A stretch of 64,000 bases of DNA from Gemmatimonadales bacterium. Its GTDB lineage: Bacteria > Gemmatimonadota > Gemmatimonadetes > Gemmatimonadales > GWC2-71-9. The DNA lies in the NCBI GenBank assembly GCA_037189525.1, contig JBBCJC010000001.1, positions 768,001 to 832,000 of the forward strand, given 5' to 3'. The translations under genes and the position numbers were made by a program. This document shows, one piece after another, positions 46,186 through 56,380 of the stretch. Each line of letters opens with the position of its first letter. Position 1 is the first letter of the stretch. Under the pieces are notes generated by a model, which was given only the letters and a program-made list of their open reading frames with translations, was not told the DNA's origin and did no database searches.

Positions 46186-46455
46186 ACACGACGCTACTCC
46201 CTTTACGAGGCTAAGGCCCGGCTCTCGTCTCTCGTCCGGATGGTGCGCGAAGGCCAGCACGTCGTCATCACGGTCCATGGCGAGCCCGCCGTCGAGCTTC
46301 GGCCCGTGAAACCGCCGCCGCCGGACCTCGCGACCCGGCTGGCGCGACTCGAGGAGCGCGGTGTCCTCGTGCGGCGACCCGTCACTGCGGTAGCGCTCGA
46401 GCCTGCCGCCCGTCGACCCGGCGTGGTGGCTCGCTTCCTTGCCGACCGCGACTAA
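46183..46455 (+). CDS. Phd/YefM family antitoxin
   Basis: YEAKARLSSLV..V..G..VVIT.HGEP. Confidence 0.9.
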   Translation: MTRRYSLYEAKARLSSLVRMVREGQHVVITVHGEPAVELRPVKPPPPDLATRLARLEERGVLVRRPVTAVALEPAARRPGVVARFLADRD

Positions 46456-46835
46456 TGGCCTTCGGATACGTCGACACGTCGTATATCGCGGCCATCGCGT
46501 TGGGCGAACGCGGCAGCAACGCACTACGGCGACGGGCGGCGCAATTCGACAGCCTCCTCTCCTCGAATCTTCTCGAGGCTGAGCTGCGCGCCACCTTTCA
46601 ACGAGAAGGTGTCCAGGGTGAGCCGGCGGTGCTCGCGGTCATTTCCTGGATCGTTCCCGACCGGCCGCTGAGCCAAGAAATCGCGCGCGTACTGGAAACC
46701 GACTATCTCCGCGGCGCCGATTGCTGGCACTTGGCCACAGCCCTCTATCTCGCCGACGATCCCGCCAGTCTGACCTTTCTCACCCTGGACGAGCGCCAGC
46801 GCGCCGTCGCCAAAAGCCTCGGCTTCCCGGTCTGA
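46455..46835 (+). CDS. vapC: PIN domain toxin
   Basis: YVDTS, E, LRGADCWHLATA, TLD; TAATG coupling with antitoxin. Confidence 0.88.
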   Translation: MAFGYVDTSYIAAIALGERGSNALRRRAAQFDSLLSSNLLEAELRATFQREGVQGEPAVLAVISWIVPDRPLSQEIARVLETDYLRGADCWHLATALYLADDPASLTFLTLDERQRAVAKSLGFPV

Positions 46836-46999
46836 TCCGGGCTGGTGCCGCAACCGCGGTACCGGCTCCGTCGTAGGGTCGGACTTCCGGCCCGCGGAAC
46901 CGGCGGGCGAGCCCTGACCCAACCAAAGCCGGATCCGGCACCCGATTGAACCAAATTACGGGCCCGGGTGTCCTATCTGTTACCGAGTTCGGAGCGTTC

Positions 47000-47563
47000 A
47001 TGGACCACAATCCGGAGGCGGGCCTGATAACCCGGGTCCTCGGCGGTGATCGTCTTGCCGCGAGGGAGCTCTATGACACCCATGCCCGGCGAGTCTATCG
47101 GGTGATCTATCGACTGGTGGGAGACGACGTGCTGGCAGAAGAGTTTACCCAGGACACCTTCGTGAAGGTCTTTCGCGGGCTGGCAGGCTTCCGCGGACAC
47201 TCCCAGCTGGGCACCTGGATCCATAGCGTCGCCGTGACGACCACCATGAACGGGCTCCGGACCCTACGCCGCCGCTCCACTCGGGAGTTCGCGCTGGAGA
47301 CGGCGGCCGACATGCCGGCGCCAAGCCGGACGGTCGAACCCGATTTGAAGGACCGGCTGACGGCGGCCATCGATGCCCTGCCCGAAAAGTTCCGGGTGCC
47401 GGTCGTGCTGCACGATATCGAAGGCTTCACCCACGCCGAGATCTCCAGCATGCTCGGCGTACCGGAAGGAACCTGCAAGACGCGGCTGATGCACGGACGA
47501 GCCAAGCTCCGGCAGGTGCTGGCCCCATTTCAAGGTGTAGGTGGGACGGAGGTACCCTCATGA
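47000..47563 (+). CDS. ECF RNA polymerase sigma factor
   Basis: EFTQDTF, TWIH, LHDIEGFTHAEIS.MLGVPEGTCKTRL; candidate promoter TGAACC...GTGTCCTA at 46947-46975. Confidence 0.92.
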   Translation: MDHNPEAGLITRVLGGDRLAARELYDTHARRVYRVIYRLVGDDVLAEEFTQDTFVKVFRGLAGFRGHSQLGTWIHSVAVTTTMNGLRTLRRRSTREFALETAADMPAPSRTVEPDLKDRLTAAIDALPEKFRVPVVLHDIEGFTHAEISSMLGVPEGTCKTRLMHGRAKLRQVLAPFQGVGGTEVPS

Positions 47564-48168
47564 ACGAACAGGAACTCGAACGCTTGCTGCGCGAAAGCGG
47601 AGATCGCTACCGGATTCCGCCCGAGCCGCGACTCGATGCCATCTGGCGCCGGGTCGAGCACGCCACTTTCGACGCGCCGGCGCCGGTCGTTCGGCGGCCC
47701 TGGCTCGGTCCGTTGGCGCTGGCGGCCACGCTCGTGATCGGCGTCGGCTTGGGCTTTGGCGCCTCGCGACTCGGCTTCGGGTCACGCAGTGTCGAACCGG
47801 CCGAGCCCGTCGTCGCCAGCGCGCCGGCGCCCAACCCGTTCGTCGGTGTGGCGGGTGACTACCTGCAGCAGACCAGCGCGCTGCTGGCGGCCGTGAGCCA
47901 TGACCCGTCCGGCGATGCCTTCATTCCCGGCGCCATCGATCGCGCCCGCGAACTGCTCTCGACGACGCGCCTCGTCCTCGATGCCGGAATCACCGACCCG
48001 GCGCTCCGCGATCTGCTCGAAGATCTGGAACTGGTGCTGGTTCAGATCGTTCGTCTGCCACAGAATCGCCCCGCTGCGGACGCGCAGCTGATCAACGAAA
48101 CCCTGGACCAGCGCGACGTGATGCCCCGGCTCTCGCTGTTCCTGACCAATGCCAGCCTTGCTCCATGA
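47560..48168 (+). CDS. Putative single-pass anti-sigma factor
   Basis: ATGA overlap with the sigma gene; one TM segment; LLEDLELVLVQI helix. Confidence 0.7.
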   Translation: MNEQELERLLRESGDRYRIPPEPRLDAIWRRVEHATFDAPAPVVRRPWLGPLALAATLVIGVGLGFGASRLGFGSRSVEPAEPVVASAPAPNPFVGVAGDYLQQTSALLAAVSHDPSGDAFIPGAIDRARELLSTTRLVLDAGITDPALRDLLEDLELVLVQIVRLPQNRPAADAQLINETLDQRDVMPRLSLFLTNASLAP

Positions 48169-49877
48169 AGGAACCTGTCATGTCTTCGATTTACACCACC
48201 GCGCTCCTGGTCGGCCTGCTGCCGTTTGGCCTTGCTGCGCAACGGCCGGCGCCGCGGCCTGCACCATCGCGAGCGCCCGCTGCCGCTCCAGCTCCGCGAC
48301 CGTTCCCGGCGCCGGCGGCTCCGGAATGGTCCCACTGGGAGATCGTTCCCCATGCTCCCTGGAACATCGATCACGATGTCGTGGTCGACCTCGACCTGAA
48401 CATCAGAGCGATGGCGTTCGACTTCAGTCTCGACGGGGTTCCGGTCGCCCCCATGGCGCCGCTTGCTCCGCTCCCACCGAGCCCGGCCTTCTCGAAGGAC
48501 GCCTGGGCCAGCTGGGCTCCCCACGGGCTGAATGCCCTTCCGGGACTCAACAAACAGAGCGGACCCGACGACTCGCTCTATCGGCGCGCTCGCGAGACCC
48601 TCAACCGGGGTGAGTACCGCCAGGCCGCGGAACAGCTGCGCTCGCTGGCCCAGCGCTATCCCAACTCTCGGCACGTTTCGTCGGCGCTCTACTGGCAAGC
48701 GTTTGCCCTCTATCGCGCAGGGTCGGATGCCGAACTGCGTCAGGCCATCGAAGTGCTCGACGAGCAACAGAAGCGGTTCACCAATCGGCGGGAAGACGAC
48801 GACGTCAACGCCCTGATGACCCGGGTCGTCGCCACCCTCGCGACTCGAGGTGATTCCCGCGCCGCCACTCGCGTGCGTGAACGGGCAGCACAGGGCGGAC
48901 CGTCGTGCGACCAGGAAGATCTGTCGGTCCGCGCCGAGGCGCTTGGCGCGCTGGTACAGTCGGACCCGAGCGCCGCGACGACATTGCTGCAGCGCGTCCT
49001 GGCACGGCGCGACGAATGCTCGGCGCCGCTCCGCCGCCGCGCGGTCTATCTGATCGGCCGTGACGGCATCGGCGGCGGTGTTCCCGAACTGACCGAGATC
49101 GCCAAGAACGATCCCGACCTCTCGGTTCGGCGGGATGCCATTGCCCGGCTGGCGCAGCTGCCCGGAGGCAATCCGCTGCCGCTCCTGGAGCAGTTGCTGA
49201 TGAGCACGGACGAGTCAGGCCAGCGCGCCATCGTTCAGTCGCTGCGCAACATCGAAGGAACCGAGACCAACCGCGCCCTCCGCCGCGTCATCGAACGCGA
49301 GGACCTCGCTACCTCGGTCCGGGTCGAGGCCATCCGCAGCCTGGGACGCTGCTGCGGTCAGGTGCAGGTTCAGCCCGCCCGGCAGAGCGGTGTCACGGTC
49401 GCAGGCCGCACCGTCGTCACGGTGGGGCACGGTCGCTCGGGATCGACGCTGACCGATGCCGATGTCTCCTTCCTGCGCACCGTCTACGATCGCAGCGGTG
49501 ACCGCGAGATCAAGACGGCCGCCCTCGAAGCGGTGGCCGGATCGAACAGCGGTTCGGCCGATCAGTGGGTCATGAGCATCGTCCGCAACAGTAAAGAGGA
49601 CATCCGGTATCGCCGCTCGGCCCTGCTCCGGCTGCGGCGCTCCGATGTCCCGGTCGAGGAATTGGGCAAGCTGTACGACACACTCGACGAGCGCGAGCTC
49701 CGCTCCACCATGGTCAGCATCCTCGGCGCGCGGGAGGAGCCTGCCGCGACCGATAAACTGATCGAGATTGCCAAGAGCGGGACCGATCCGAGCATCCGCC
49801 GGATGGCCATCAACGTCCTGGCCAAGAAAAACGACCCCCGCACCACCCGACTTCTGCTCGAATTGGTGGAACGATGA
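48165..49877 (+). CDS. Secreted TPR + HEAT repeat protein
   Basis: Signal peptide, Pro-rich region, LYRRARETLNRGEY..ALYWQAFAL (TPR), repeated VRxxAI HEAT units. Confidence 0.8.
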   Translation: MKEPVMSSIYTTALLVGLLPFGLAAQRPAPRPAPSRAPAAAPAPRPFPAPAAPEWSHWEIVPHAPWNIDHDVVVDLDLNIRAMAFDFSLDGVPVAPMAPLAPLPPSPAFSKDAWASWAPHGLNALPGLNKQSGPDDSLYRRARETLNRGEYRQAAEQLRSLAQRYPNSRHVSSALYWQAFALYRAGSDAELRQAIEVLDEQQKRFTNRREDDDVNALMTRVVATLATRGDSRAATRVRERAAQGGPSCDQEDLSVRAEALGALVQSDPSAATTLLQRVLARRDECSAPLRRRAVYLIGRDGIGGGVPELTEIAKNDPDLSVRRDAIARLAQLPGGNPLPLLEQLLMSTDESGQRAIVQSLRNIEGTETNRALRRVIEREDLATSVRVEAIRSLGRCCGQVQVQPARQSGVTVAGRTVVTVGHGRSGSTLTDADVSFLRTVYDRSGDREIKTAALEAVAGSNSGSADQWVMSIVRNSKEDIRYRRSALLRLRRSDVPVEELGKLYDTLDERELRSTMVSILGAREEPAATDKLIEIAKSGTDPSIRRMAINVLAKKNDPRTTRLLLELVER

Positions 49878-51154
49878 ACGCCTATCTCGTCACCGCATCC
49901 GCGCTGCTGGTTCTGACTGCGCCAGGCGCCGCCGATGCCCAGGATCTGCGCCGCCGGATCGAGTCCGGACCGGACGGCATCGTCACGCTGAGCTACCCCG
50001 CACGCCCCGACGCCTGCGGTTACGGATTGTCCGTGCTGCGCATCGGCAGCCCCGGCGGCGGGTGGGTCTACTCGAACATCGAAGGCGCCGACGGCAACCG
50101 GTGCGATACGGGGCCGGCCATCGCGGTGATCAATCGCGCCGGCGGTTCGGTCTTCTCGATCCGGGTCGGGATCGGCCCGGTACCCGCGCAGGTTCGGGGG
50201 ACCGATCTGGGGACCGTACCAGCTGCGCAGGCCGCCGAGTACTTCCTTGGGCTGGCGGAACGAAGCGACGGCCGGTTGGGGCGGGACGCGCTGCTCGCCG
50301 GCGTGCTGGCGGACCACCGGGACAACGCGACCGGCCTGCTGCGGATTGCGCGCACCTCGACGCTCTCCCGCGGGCTCCGTGAAAGCGCACTGTCGTGGCT
50401 CGGCCGCGAACTGGCACTGGACGGCGCCGGCGCCAACCGCGCCCTGATCAGCGCGCTGGTGGCCATGGCCCGCAACGAGAACGAGGCCTCCTCGGTGCGC
50501 GCCCGCGCCGTCAACGCGCTCAGCCGAGCCGAAGGGGCCGCCACGTCCGAACTCACCGCGCTGGCTCGTGACGAATCGCGTGAGGTGGCCCGGGCGGCGC
50601 TGTCTGCCCTGAGCCGGAGCCCTGACCCCAAAGCGCGCGAAACGCTCCGGCAGACCGCGCGCGACCGTTCCCTGCCCGAAGCGGTACGGATCGAAGCGAT
50701 TCGGGGATTGGGCGGCCGGGACGGCACCCCCGCCGAGCTGGCTTTCGTTCGCGGGCTCTGGACCGAGGAATCGCTTGGTGCGGAGACTCGGCAGCGGATT
50801 TTGCAGCTGGCGGGAGAGGCCGGTGGCACCGACAACACCCGCTGGCTGATGGGCGTCGTCCGGGACGAACGCCAGAACGCCAACGTTCGTGGCCGAGCGA
50901 TTCGGGCAGCGGAGCAGGCGGGCGTCGGTTCGGATGAGCTGGTCAAGCTCTACGACCAGAGTGCCGACCGGACCCTCCGCCGGGCGGTACTCGACGCCTT
51001 GGGACGGATCGGCGACAAGCGTTCCGTTGAGCGGATCAAGACGATTGCGACCAACGATACCGATCCGCAACTCCGCCGGGCGGCCATCAACTGGATTGCC
51101 CGAAGCGGCGACTCCGATGCACGGGCAGCGTTGGCGGATCTGGTCGAGCGGTAA
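49874..51154 (+). CDS. Secreted HEAT repeat protein
   Basis: Signal peptide; LRESAL.WL, VRARAV, LRRAAINW repeats. Confidence 0.8.
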   Translation: MNAYLVTASALLVLTAPGAADAQDLRRRIESGPDGIVTLSYPARPDACGYGLSVLRIGSPGGGWVYSNIEGADGNRCDTGPAIAVINRAGGSVFSIRVGIGPVPAQVRGTDLGTVPAAQAAEYFLGLAERSDGRLGRDALLAGVLADHRDNATGLLRIARTSTLSRGLRESALSWLGRELALDGAGANRALISALVAMARNENEASSVRARAVNALSRAEGAATSELTALARDESREVARAALSALSRSPDPKARETLRQTARDRSLPEAVRIEAIRGLGGRDGTPAELAFVRGLWTEESLGAETRQRILQLAGEAGGTDNTRWLMGVVRDERQNANVRGRAIRAAEQAGVGSDELVKLYDQSADRTLRRAVLDALGRIGDKRSVERIKTIATNDTDPQLRRAAINWIARSGDSDARAALADLVER

Positions 51155-51173
51155 GCAGCAGTACTCGGTGAGC

Positions 51174-51211
51174 AGGGCGGCGAGGTCAGTAGACCTCGCC
51201 GCCCTTTTTTT
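51174..51211 (+). terminator. Rho-independent terminator
   Basis: AGGGCGGCGAGGTC-AGTA-GACCTCGCCGCCC-T7. Confidence 0.9.
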
Positions 51212-51214
51212 CGA

Positions 51215-52822
51215 CTACCGCCGCGTCATCGAAAGGACCTGGCCGAACTTGCCGTCGGTCCAGCGACCCCCATCCAGCGCCAGCTTACCCGCCACCAGAA
51301 TCGTCTCCATCCCCTCGGCCAGCTGGTGCGGATCGAGGTAGGTGGCGCGATCACGGACCCGATCGAAGTCGAAAACGACGACATCGGCAATCGCGCCGGG
51401 CCGAATCACGCCGCGATCGGTCAGATGCATCACGGTCGCCGGCAACGAGGTCATACTGCGGATGGCCCAGGCAAGATCGATGACGCGCCGCTCCTTGACG
51501 TAGCGGTGGATCTTGCGCGGGAAGGCACCGTTGTAACGCGGGTGCGGCCGACCCTCACCCGGCGCGGCCAAACCGCCGTCCGACGATGTCATGACCCACG
51601 GCTGCCGCATGAAGTTGGCGATGTCGGCCTCGTCCATCACGAAGTAGACCAGCTGTGCATTCCCACGCTCCAGCATATCGGTCACCACGACCTCCGCCGG
51701 CTTGCCGTACTTGGCCGCAGCCTCCGCGAGGGTGAGACCTTCGAGCGACTCGTCGAACGACACCCGGCTGAACTGCATCTTGTCGGCGCCGCCCAGGCGC
51801 GCGATGCCAGCCACCGCCGCCGCGCGAATCCGGACCAGCGTGTCGGGGTTGCGAAGCCGCTCGAGCATCCGGGTCCGTCCGCCCTCGACCACCCAGCGGG
51901 GCAACACATTCGCGGCCAGGCTGGTGCTGGTCGCTTCGTAGGGATACTGATCGGCAAAGATCTGGACTCCACGTGTCCGCGCCCGCTCGATTCGCCGGAT
52001 GGCACCTTCCGACAACCCGTACGCCGCCTCCACCGCCGACTTGATGTGGGTCACCACCCCGATCAGCTTGGCCTCCTCGGCCACCTGAATCAGTTCGTCG
52101 ATTGCCTCGAACAGCTTCTCGCTCTCGTCGCGGATGTGGCTGGTGTAGACCCCGCCGTATTCGGCCACGATCTTGGAGAGTTCGACGAACTCCTCCGTCT
52201 TGGAGAAACTAGAGGGCGCATAGTACGGACCGCTCGACATGCCGAACGCGCCCGCCTCCATGCCCGCGCGGACGATCGCCTTCATCCGCTCCATTTCCTG
52301 CGGCGTCGGATCACGCGCATCCTGACCCACCACCTCGCCGCGTAACGAGTTGTGCGGCACCAGGAGCGCCACGTTCACGCCAAGCCCGTTCCGAGACAGC
52401 TCGGCACGCTGCGCCACGAGGTCGGTCGGCCCACCACCATCGGGATTGACCATGACGGTCGTCACGCCCTGGGCCAACAGCTGACGAGCGCCACTCAATT
52501 CCGGCCGCGCCAAGCCGCCGGCCGAGTGCGAGTGCACGTCGATGAACCCGGGCGAGACGTACCGGCCCGTCGCATCGATGACGCGTGCTGCCGTCGCGTT
52601 CCGCAACGACCCCACCGCGACGATGCGTCCGTCACGTATCCCCACATCGGCGAAATACCACGGGTTACCCGTTCCATCGAGCAACCGCCCGTTGCGAATC
52701 AGGACATCGAACCGCTCCGGCGACTGGGCGCTCACCGGCAGGGCGAGACATCCCAGCATTCCAATCCAGACGACACACCGGAGTACCGGTGAATAACGAC
52801 GAAACTCGGTCGACCCGAACAT
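51215..52822 (-). CDS. N-acyl-D-amino acid deacylase family amidohydrolase
   Basis: PGFIDVHSH, HIRDE, HIK, SSDG, HPR..GAFPR; start uncertain. Confidence 0.9.
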   Translation of the reverse strand: MFGSTEFRRYSPVLRCVVWIGMLGCLALPVSAQSPERFDVLIRNGRLLDGTGNPWYFADVGIRDGRIVAVGSLRNATAARVIDATGRYVSPGFIDVHSHSAGGLARPELSGARQLLAQGVTTVMVNPDGGGPTDLVAQRAELSRNGLGVNVALLVPHNSLRGEVVGQDARDPTPQEMERMKAIVRAGMEAGAFGMSSGPYYAPSSFSKTEEFVELSKIVAEYGGVYTSHIRDESEKLFEAIDELIQVAEEAKLIGVVTHIKSAVEAAYGLSEGAIRRIERARTRGVQIFADQYPYEATSTSLAANVLPRWVVEGGRTRMLERLRNPDTLVRIRAAAVAGIARLGGADKMQFSRVSFDESLEGLTLAEAAAKYGKPAEVVVTDMLERGNAQLVYFVMDEADIANFMRQPWVMTSSDGGLAAPGEGRPHPRYNGAFPRKIHRYVKERRVIDLAWAIRSMTSLPATVMHLTDRGVIRPGAIADVVVFDFDRVRDRATYLDPHQLAEGMETILVAGKLALDGGRWTDGKFGQVLSMTRR

Positions 52823-53042
52823 CGAAAACCTCGAGTGATAAGGACATGATGCGCCGACGTGGCGTCGACACGAGGTCACGGCAGATGAAGACAGGAATGT
52901 TCGGCACGATGCCCGTCAGACGCAATACCAGACATGACCGGAAGCGCGGCCCCCGCCCCCTGCGCGACATCCGCGCTCAGCGCTACATTGAGACCATGAG
53001 TCCCACCATGCTTGCCGGCCGCAACGCCGATCCCGGCGCTCG

Positions 53043-54224
53043 GTGATACCGCAGCTGGCGCGCCAAACCCGCCTCTCGATCTGGGCGATTGCCCTGGCCG
53101 GCTGCCTGCCGGGCCGGGCGTCGGTCATCCCGCAGGCTAACGCAAGCTGGGCAGGGGCCGAAAGCGTACGGAGTGATACGCTCGGAGCCGGACTCGTCCT
53201 CCACACCCTCCAGATCAGCCGAGGACCCTGGGCGATCCATCTGCTCGAGGCAGACCGTGCTTCGTGCTGGTCTCCGGTTGCCGTGAAAGCGGGGGGCCAG
53301 GCGGTCGGCCGAGCGTCTACTTCGAGCCTGCTGCGCACACTTGCGGATACGCTGCCGGACCCGGTGGGAGGCGCGGTCAACGCCGACTTCTTCAGCTTCG
53401 AGCCGCCTGGGATCCCGCGGGGGGCCCATATCAACGACGGCCGGTTGATTTCCGGACCGGACCTCAACCGGCCAGTCGTCGCATTCGATCGGGATGGCCG
53501 GACCTGGATGGGCGTCCTGGGCACTGCGGGATTTCTCCGGTCGGCGGGCGATTCGATTCCGATTGCCGGCTGGAATCAGCGACGCGCTCCCGGCATCCGC
53601 TTCTTCGACGGCCGGTGGGGCGGCGTGACCGACTCGGCGGCTCACGTGCTGGAGCTTGCCGTCGACTCGTCAGGCCGAATCGTCACCATCGATACCACCA
53701 GCGCCGGCACCCGAATCCCGGCGGGCGGCAGCGTCGTCGTCATCGATCAGACCGACAGCTCGACCCATGCGCAGCGAGCTAGAGCCCTTCGCATCGGCGA
53801 TACCGTCACCTGGCGGATTGCCCTGGCGCCGTTCACGCCAGTCGTTGCCGTGGGTGGACTACCAGTCCTGCTGGCCGATAGCGTTACGACGCCGGGACTC
53901 GACAGCGTGGGCGGCGCCAATTTCGGTCCGGTCCGCCACCCGCGCACGGCGGTGGCCGTTCGGGGCGATCGCCGGCGGCTTCTCCTCGTGACTGTGGATG
54001 GACGTCAGCCCGGATACAGCGAAGGGATGACGCTGGTGGAACTGGCCGGCTTTCTGAGAGCGATCGGTGCGACCGATGCAATTAATCTGGACGGCGGCGG
54101 ATCGACGACGATGGCCGTTCGCCGCTCCGACGGTTCGGTTGCCGTCGTCAATCGTCCCTCCGACCGCACCGGCGAACGCGCGGTCGCCAACGCGCTGGCG
54201 CTGGTCAGGCGCTGCCGTCCGTAG
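53043..54224 (+). CDS. Phosphodiester glycosidase (NAGPA) family lipoprotein
   Basis: LAGC, AVNADFF, HPRTA, VDGRQ, NLDGGGS, ERAVAN. Confidence 0.9.
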   Translation: MIPQLARQTRLSIWAIALAGCLPGRASVIPQANASWAGAESVRSDTLGAGLVLHTLQISRGPWAIHLLEADRASCWSPVAVKAGGQAVGRASTSSLLRTLADTLPDPVGGAVNADFFSFEPPGIPRGAHINDGRLISGPDLNRPVVAFDRDGRTWMGVLGTAGFLRSAGDSIPIAGWNQRRAPGIRFFDGRWGGVTDSAAHVLELAVDSSGRIVTIDTTSAGTRIPAGGSVVVIDQTDSSTHAQRARALRIGDTVTWRIALAPFTPVVAVGGLPVLLADSVTTPGLDSVGGANFGPVRHPRTAVAVRGDRRRLLLVTVDGRQPGYSEGMTLVELAGFLRAIGATDAINLDGGGSTTMAVRRSDGSVAVVNRPSDRTGERAVANALALVRRCRP

Positions 54225-54816
54225 CAACCGTCTCCCGATCGACCCCCAGTTGGTCCGCAGCCTGGTCGAGGCGCTCGAGCCGGCCGCGGGCCCGCCGATC
54301 GACCCAGATGGCCCAGATCACGGCGCCGACGACGACCACAGCGGAAGGCACCCACCAGAGGGCAAACGGGGGAGGCCGGCGGATGGCCGGGTCGCGCACC
54401 AGCACCCAGACCGTGAAGAGGATGCCTTCCACCGCCAGAAGCCAGAGCGTGAAACGAGCCGCGCGACGTTCGCGCCGGCACCGCTCGCGCGCCAGGACCA
54501 GATAGTCCCGCATCGTTGCCCCAAGCGGCGACCAGACTCCGGCGCGATTCCTGAGACTAAAGCCCCAGATCACGACCGAATGGAGGATGGTGACACCGAG
54601 GATCGTCCCGGCGGCCAATGGGGGGAAGTTCCGCACCGTCCATGCGGTGGCGACGAGCACCACCACCGTTATGACGACCTCGAACCCCAGGAGCCAGCGC
54701 ATCAAGCGGCTCTGCCGTTCGACCATGCGGCGAACCCATCGGGCGGGAGCATCCTCGCCCACAGTACCCCAGGTTCGGGACCACTGCTGCCACTCCAGAT
54801 CACCGAGCGACGTCAT
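54205..54816 (-). CDS. Membrane protein, putative anti-sigma factor
   Basis: Coupled to the ECF gene; LEWQQW N-terminus; about 4 TM segments. Confidence 0.65.
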   Translation of the reverse strand: MTSLGDLEWQQWSRTWGTVGEDAPARWVRRMVERQSRLMRWLLGFEVVITVVVLVATAWTVRNFPPLAAGTILGVTILHSVVIWGFSLRNRAGVWSPLGATMRDYLVLARERCRRERRAARFTLWLLAVEGILFTVWVLVRDPAIRRPPPFALWWVPSAVVVVGAVIWAIWVDRRARGRLERLDQAADQLGVDRETVATDGSA

Positions 54817-55310
54817 TCTTCACCTCCCGAGGCGCCAAGCAGCAGTCGCAGTTCCTTGCGAGCGCGAGACAGTCGAACGGCCACGTTGTTCTCCGATATT
54901 CCCAACACCTCGCCGATCTCGGCGTGGCTCAACCCTTCGAGGCTGAGCAGCACGACCTGTCGGTGTCCATCACCGAGTTGGCGAATGGCGTCGAGCAACC
55001 GATCGCGCTCGGACGCCGCCACCGCCATCGCGTCGGGACCGGGCCGTTCGTCGCGGGCCGCACCGTCGAGTTCGACCGGATCGGGACGTCGCCTGCTCCG
55101 GTAGGTCAGCCCGCGATTGTGGCCGATCCGAAAGGCATAGGTCCGTTCACTGCAGTCGCCCCGAAAGGTCGGGAGCGAACGCCAGATGGCAAAGCAGATA
55201 TCCTGAAACAGGTCGTCGCCATCAGCCGCCGTACGGCCATAGGCAAGCGCCAAGCGGCGCAACGCCGGACCGTGCAGCCGGATGATGCGTTCGAATTGCG
55301 GCTCGCCCAT
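54813..55310 (-). CDS. ECF RNA polymerase sigma factor
   Basis: DLFQDI, LEGLSHAEIGEVLGISENNVAVRLSRA; no SD, TGACAG...GACTAC just upstream. Confidence 0.92.
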   Translation of the reverse strand: MGEPQFERIIRLHGPALRRLALAYGRTAADGDDLFQDICFAIWRSLPTFRGDCSERTYAFRIGHNRGLTYRSRRRPDPVELDGAARDERPGPDAMAVAASERDRLLDAIRQLGDGHRQVVLLSLEGLSHAEIGEVLGISENNVAVRLSRARKELRLLLGASGGEE

Positions 55311-55468
55311 TAGAGAGGTAGTCCCCGCCGACCGGAAAAGCTGTCAGGTCGGGCCGTGTGGCCGCCCGTTGCACCAGCGCCAAACGCCCGAGATCTTTGA
55401 CGGGCAGACCCAGGAATGATGCGAACGGTACCCGGTTCTCCACCCCAGTCAAACCGGAGCGATTGTCG

Positions 55469-55855
55469 ATGTCGAACGTCGATCTGCAGGAAGCCACGTT
55501 GGGACAGGTAGCCATTCGGGTCCACGATGTCGGCCGCGCAACCGCCTTTTACCGGGACCAGCTGGGCCTGCCGCTCCTGTTCGAGTTCACCGGACTGGCC
55601 TTCTTCCGCTGCGGCGATGTCCGGCTGATGCTCTCGACCGCCGAGAAACCGGAATTCGACCATCCCGCGTCGATCCTGTACTATCGCGTCCCTGATGTGG
55701 AGGCCAGCTACGCGGAACTCTCCGGACGCGGCGTCGAATTCATCGATACGCCCCATGTGATCCACCGGACCCCTGCATCCGAGCTGTGGATGGCGTTCTT
55801 CCGCGATTCCGAGGGCAACCACGCCGCGCTGATGGCGGAGAAGGCGGTCAGCTGA
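55469..55855 (+). CDS. VOC/glyoxalase family protein
   Basis: GQVAI.V.D..RA.AFYRD.LGL...MAFFRDSEGN. Confidence 0.9.
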   Translation: MSNVDLQEATLGQVAIRVHDVGRATAFYRDQLGLPLLFEFTGLAFFRCGDVRLMLSTAEKPEFDHPASILYYRVPDVEASYAELSGRGVEFIDTPHVIHRTPASELWMAFFRDSEGNHAALMAEKAVS

Positions 55856-56005
55856 CCGGACGGGCGGAACCGGCCGAGTCGCGTCGCTATGTCCCGCCGA
55901 CGCTGGTGGCACGGATGGAGCGGGCGGGGGCGAACGAACCGATCGATCAGCGTCACGACAAGGGCCCGCCTACTTTTTGACTGCGCCCATCAACGGTGAG
56001 TCCCA

Positions 56006-56380
56006 ATGAGCGACACGAGGCGTCACCACCGCACACCCGCAGTCCGAGCCCTGGCAATCGCAGTCGCGCTGCTCGCGGGCACCGCCGTCCTGCTGCAACT
56101 CGGCCTGTCGATCAGACTGGCCCAATCCAACGGACGCTCGATCGGCTGGGGTGTGGTGACCTATCTCGGGTACTTCACCATTCTGACCAACCTGCTGGTG
56201 ACCGCTGCGGCGGCGCTGCCGATCGCAGTGCCCGAGACACGGCCGGGGCGCTTCTTCGCCAGGCCGAGCGTTGCCACGGCGGTCGCGGCGGCCATCCTGC
56301 TGGTGGGAATCGCATCCTTGCTCGTGCTGCTCGGCCGGCTGCGCGACCGACACCTGAACGGACCCAGGTCCTTGGCTTAG
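56006..56380 (+). pseudogene. Pr6Pr-like membrane protein, shortened
   Basis: YFTILTNLLV signature; only 124 aa, central His/Pro-containing helices apparently absent. Confidence 0.5.
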
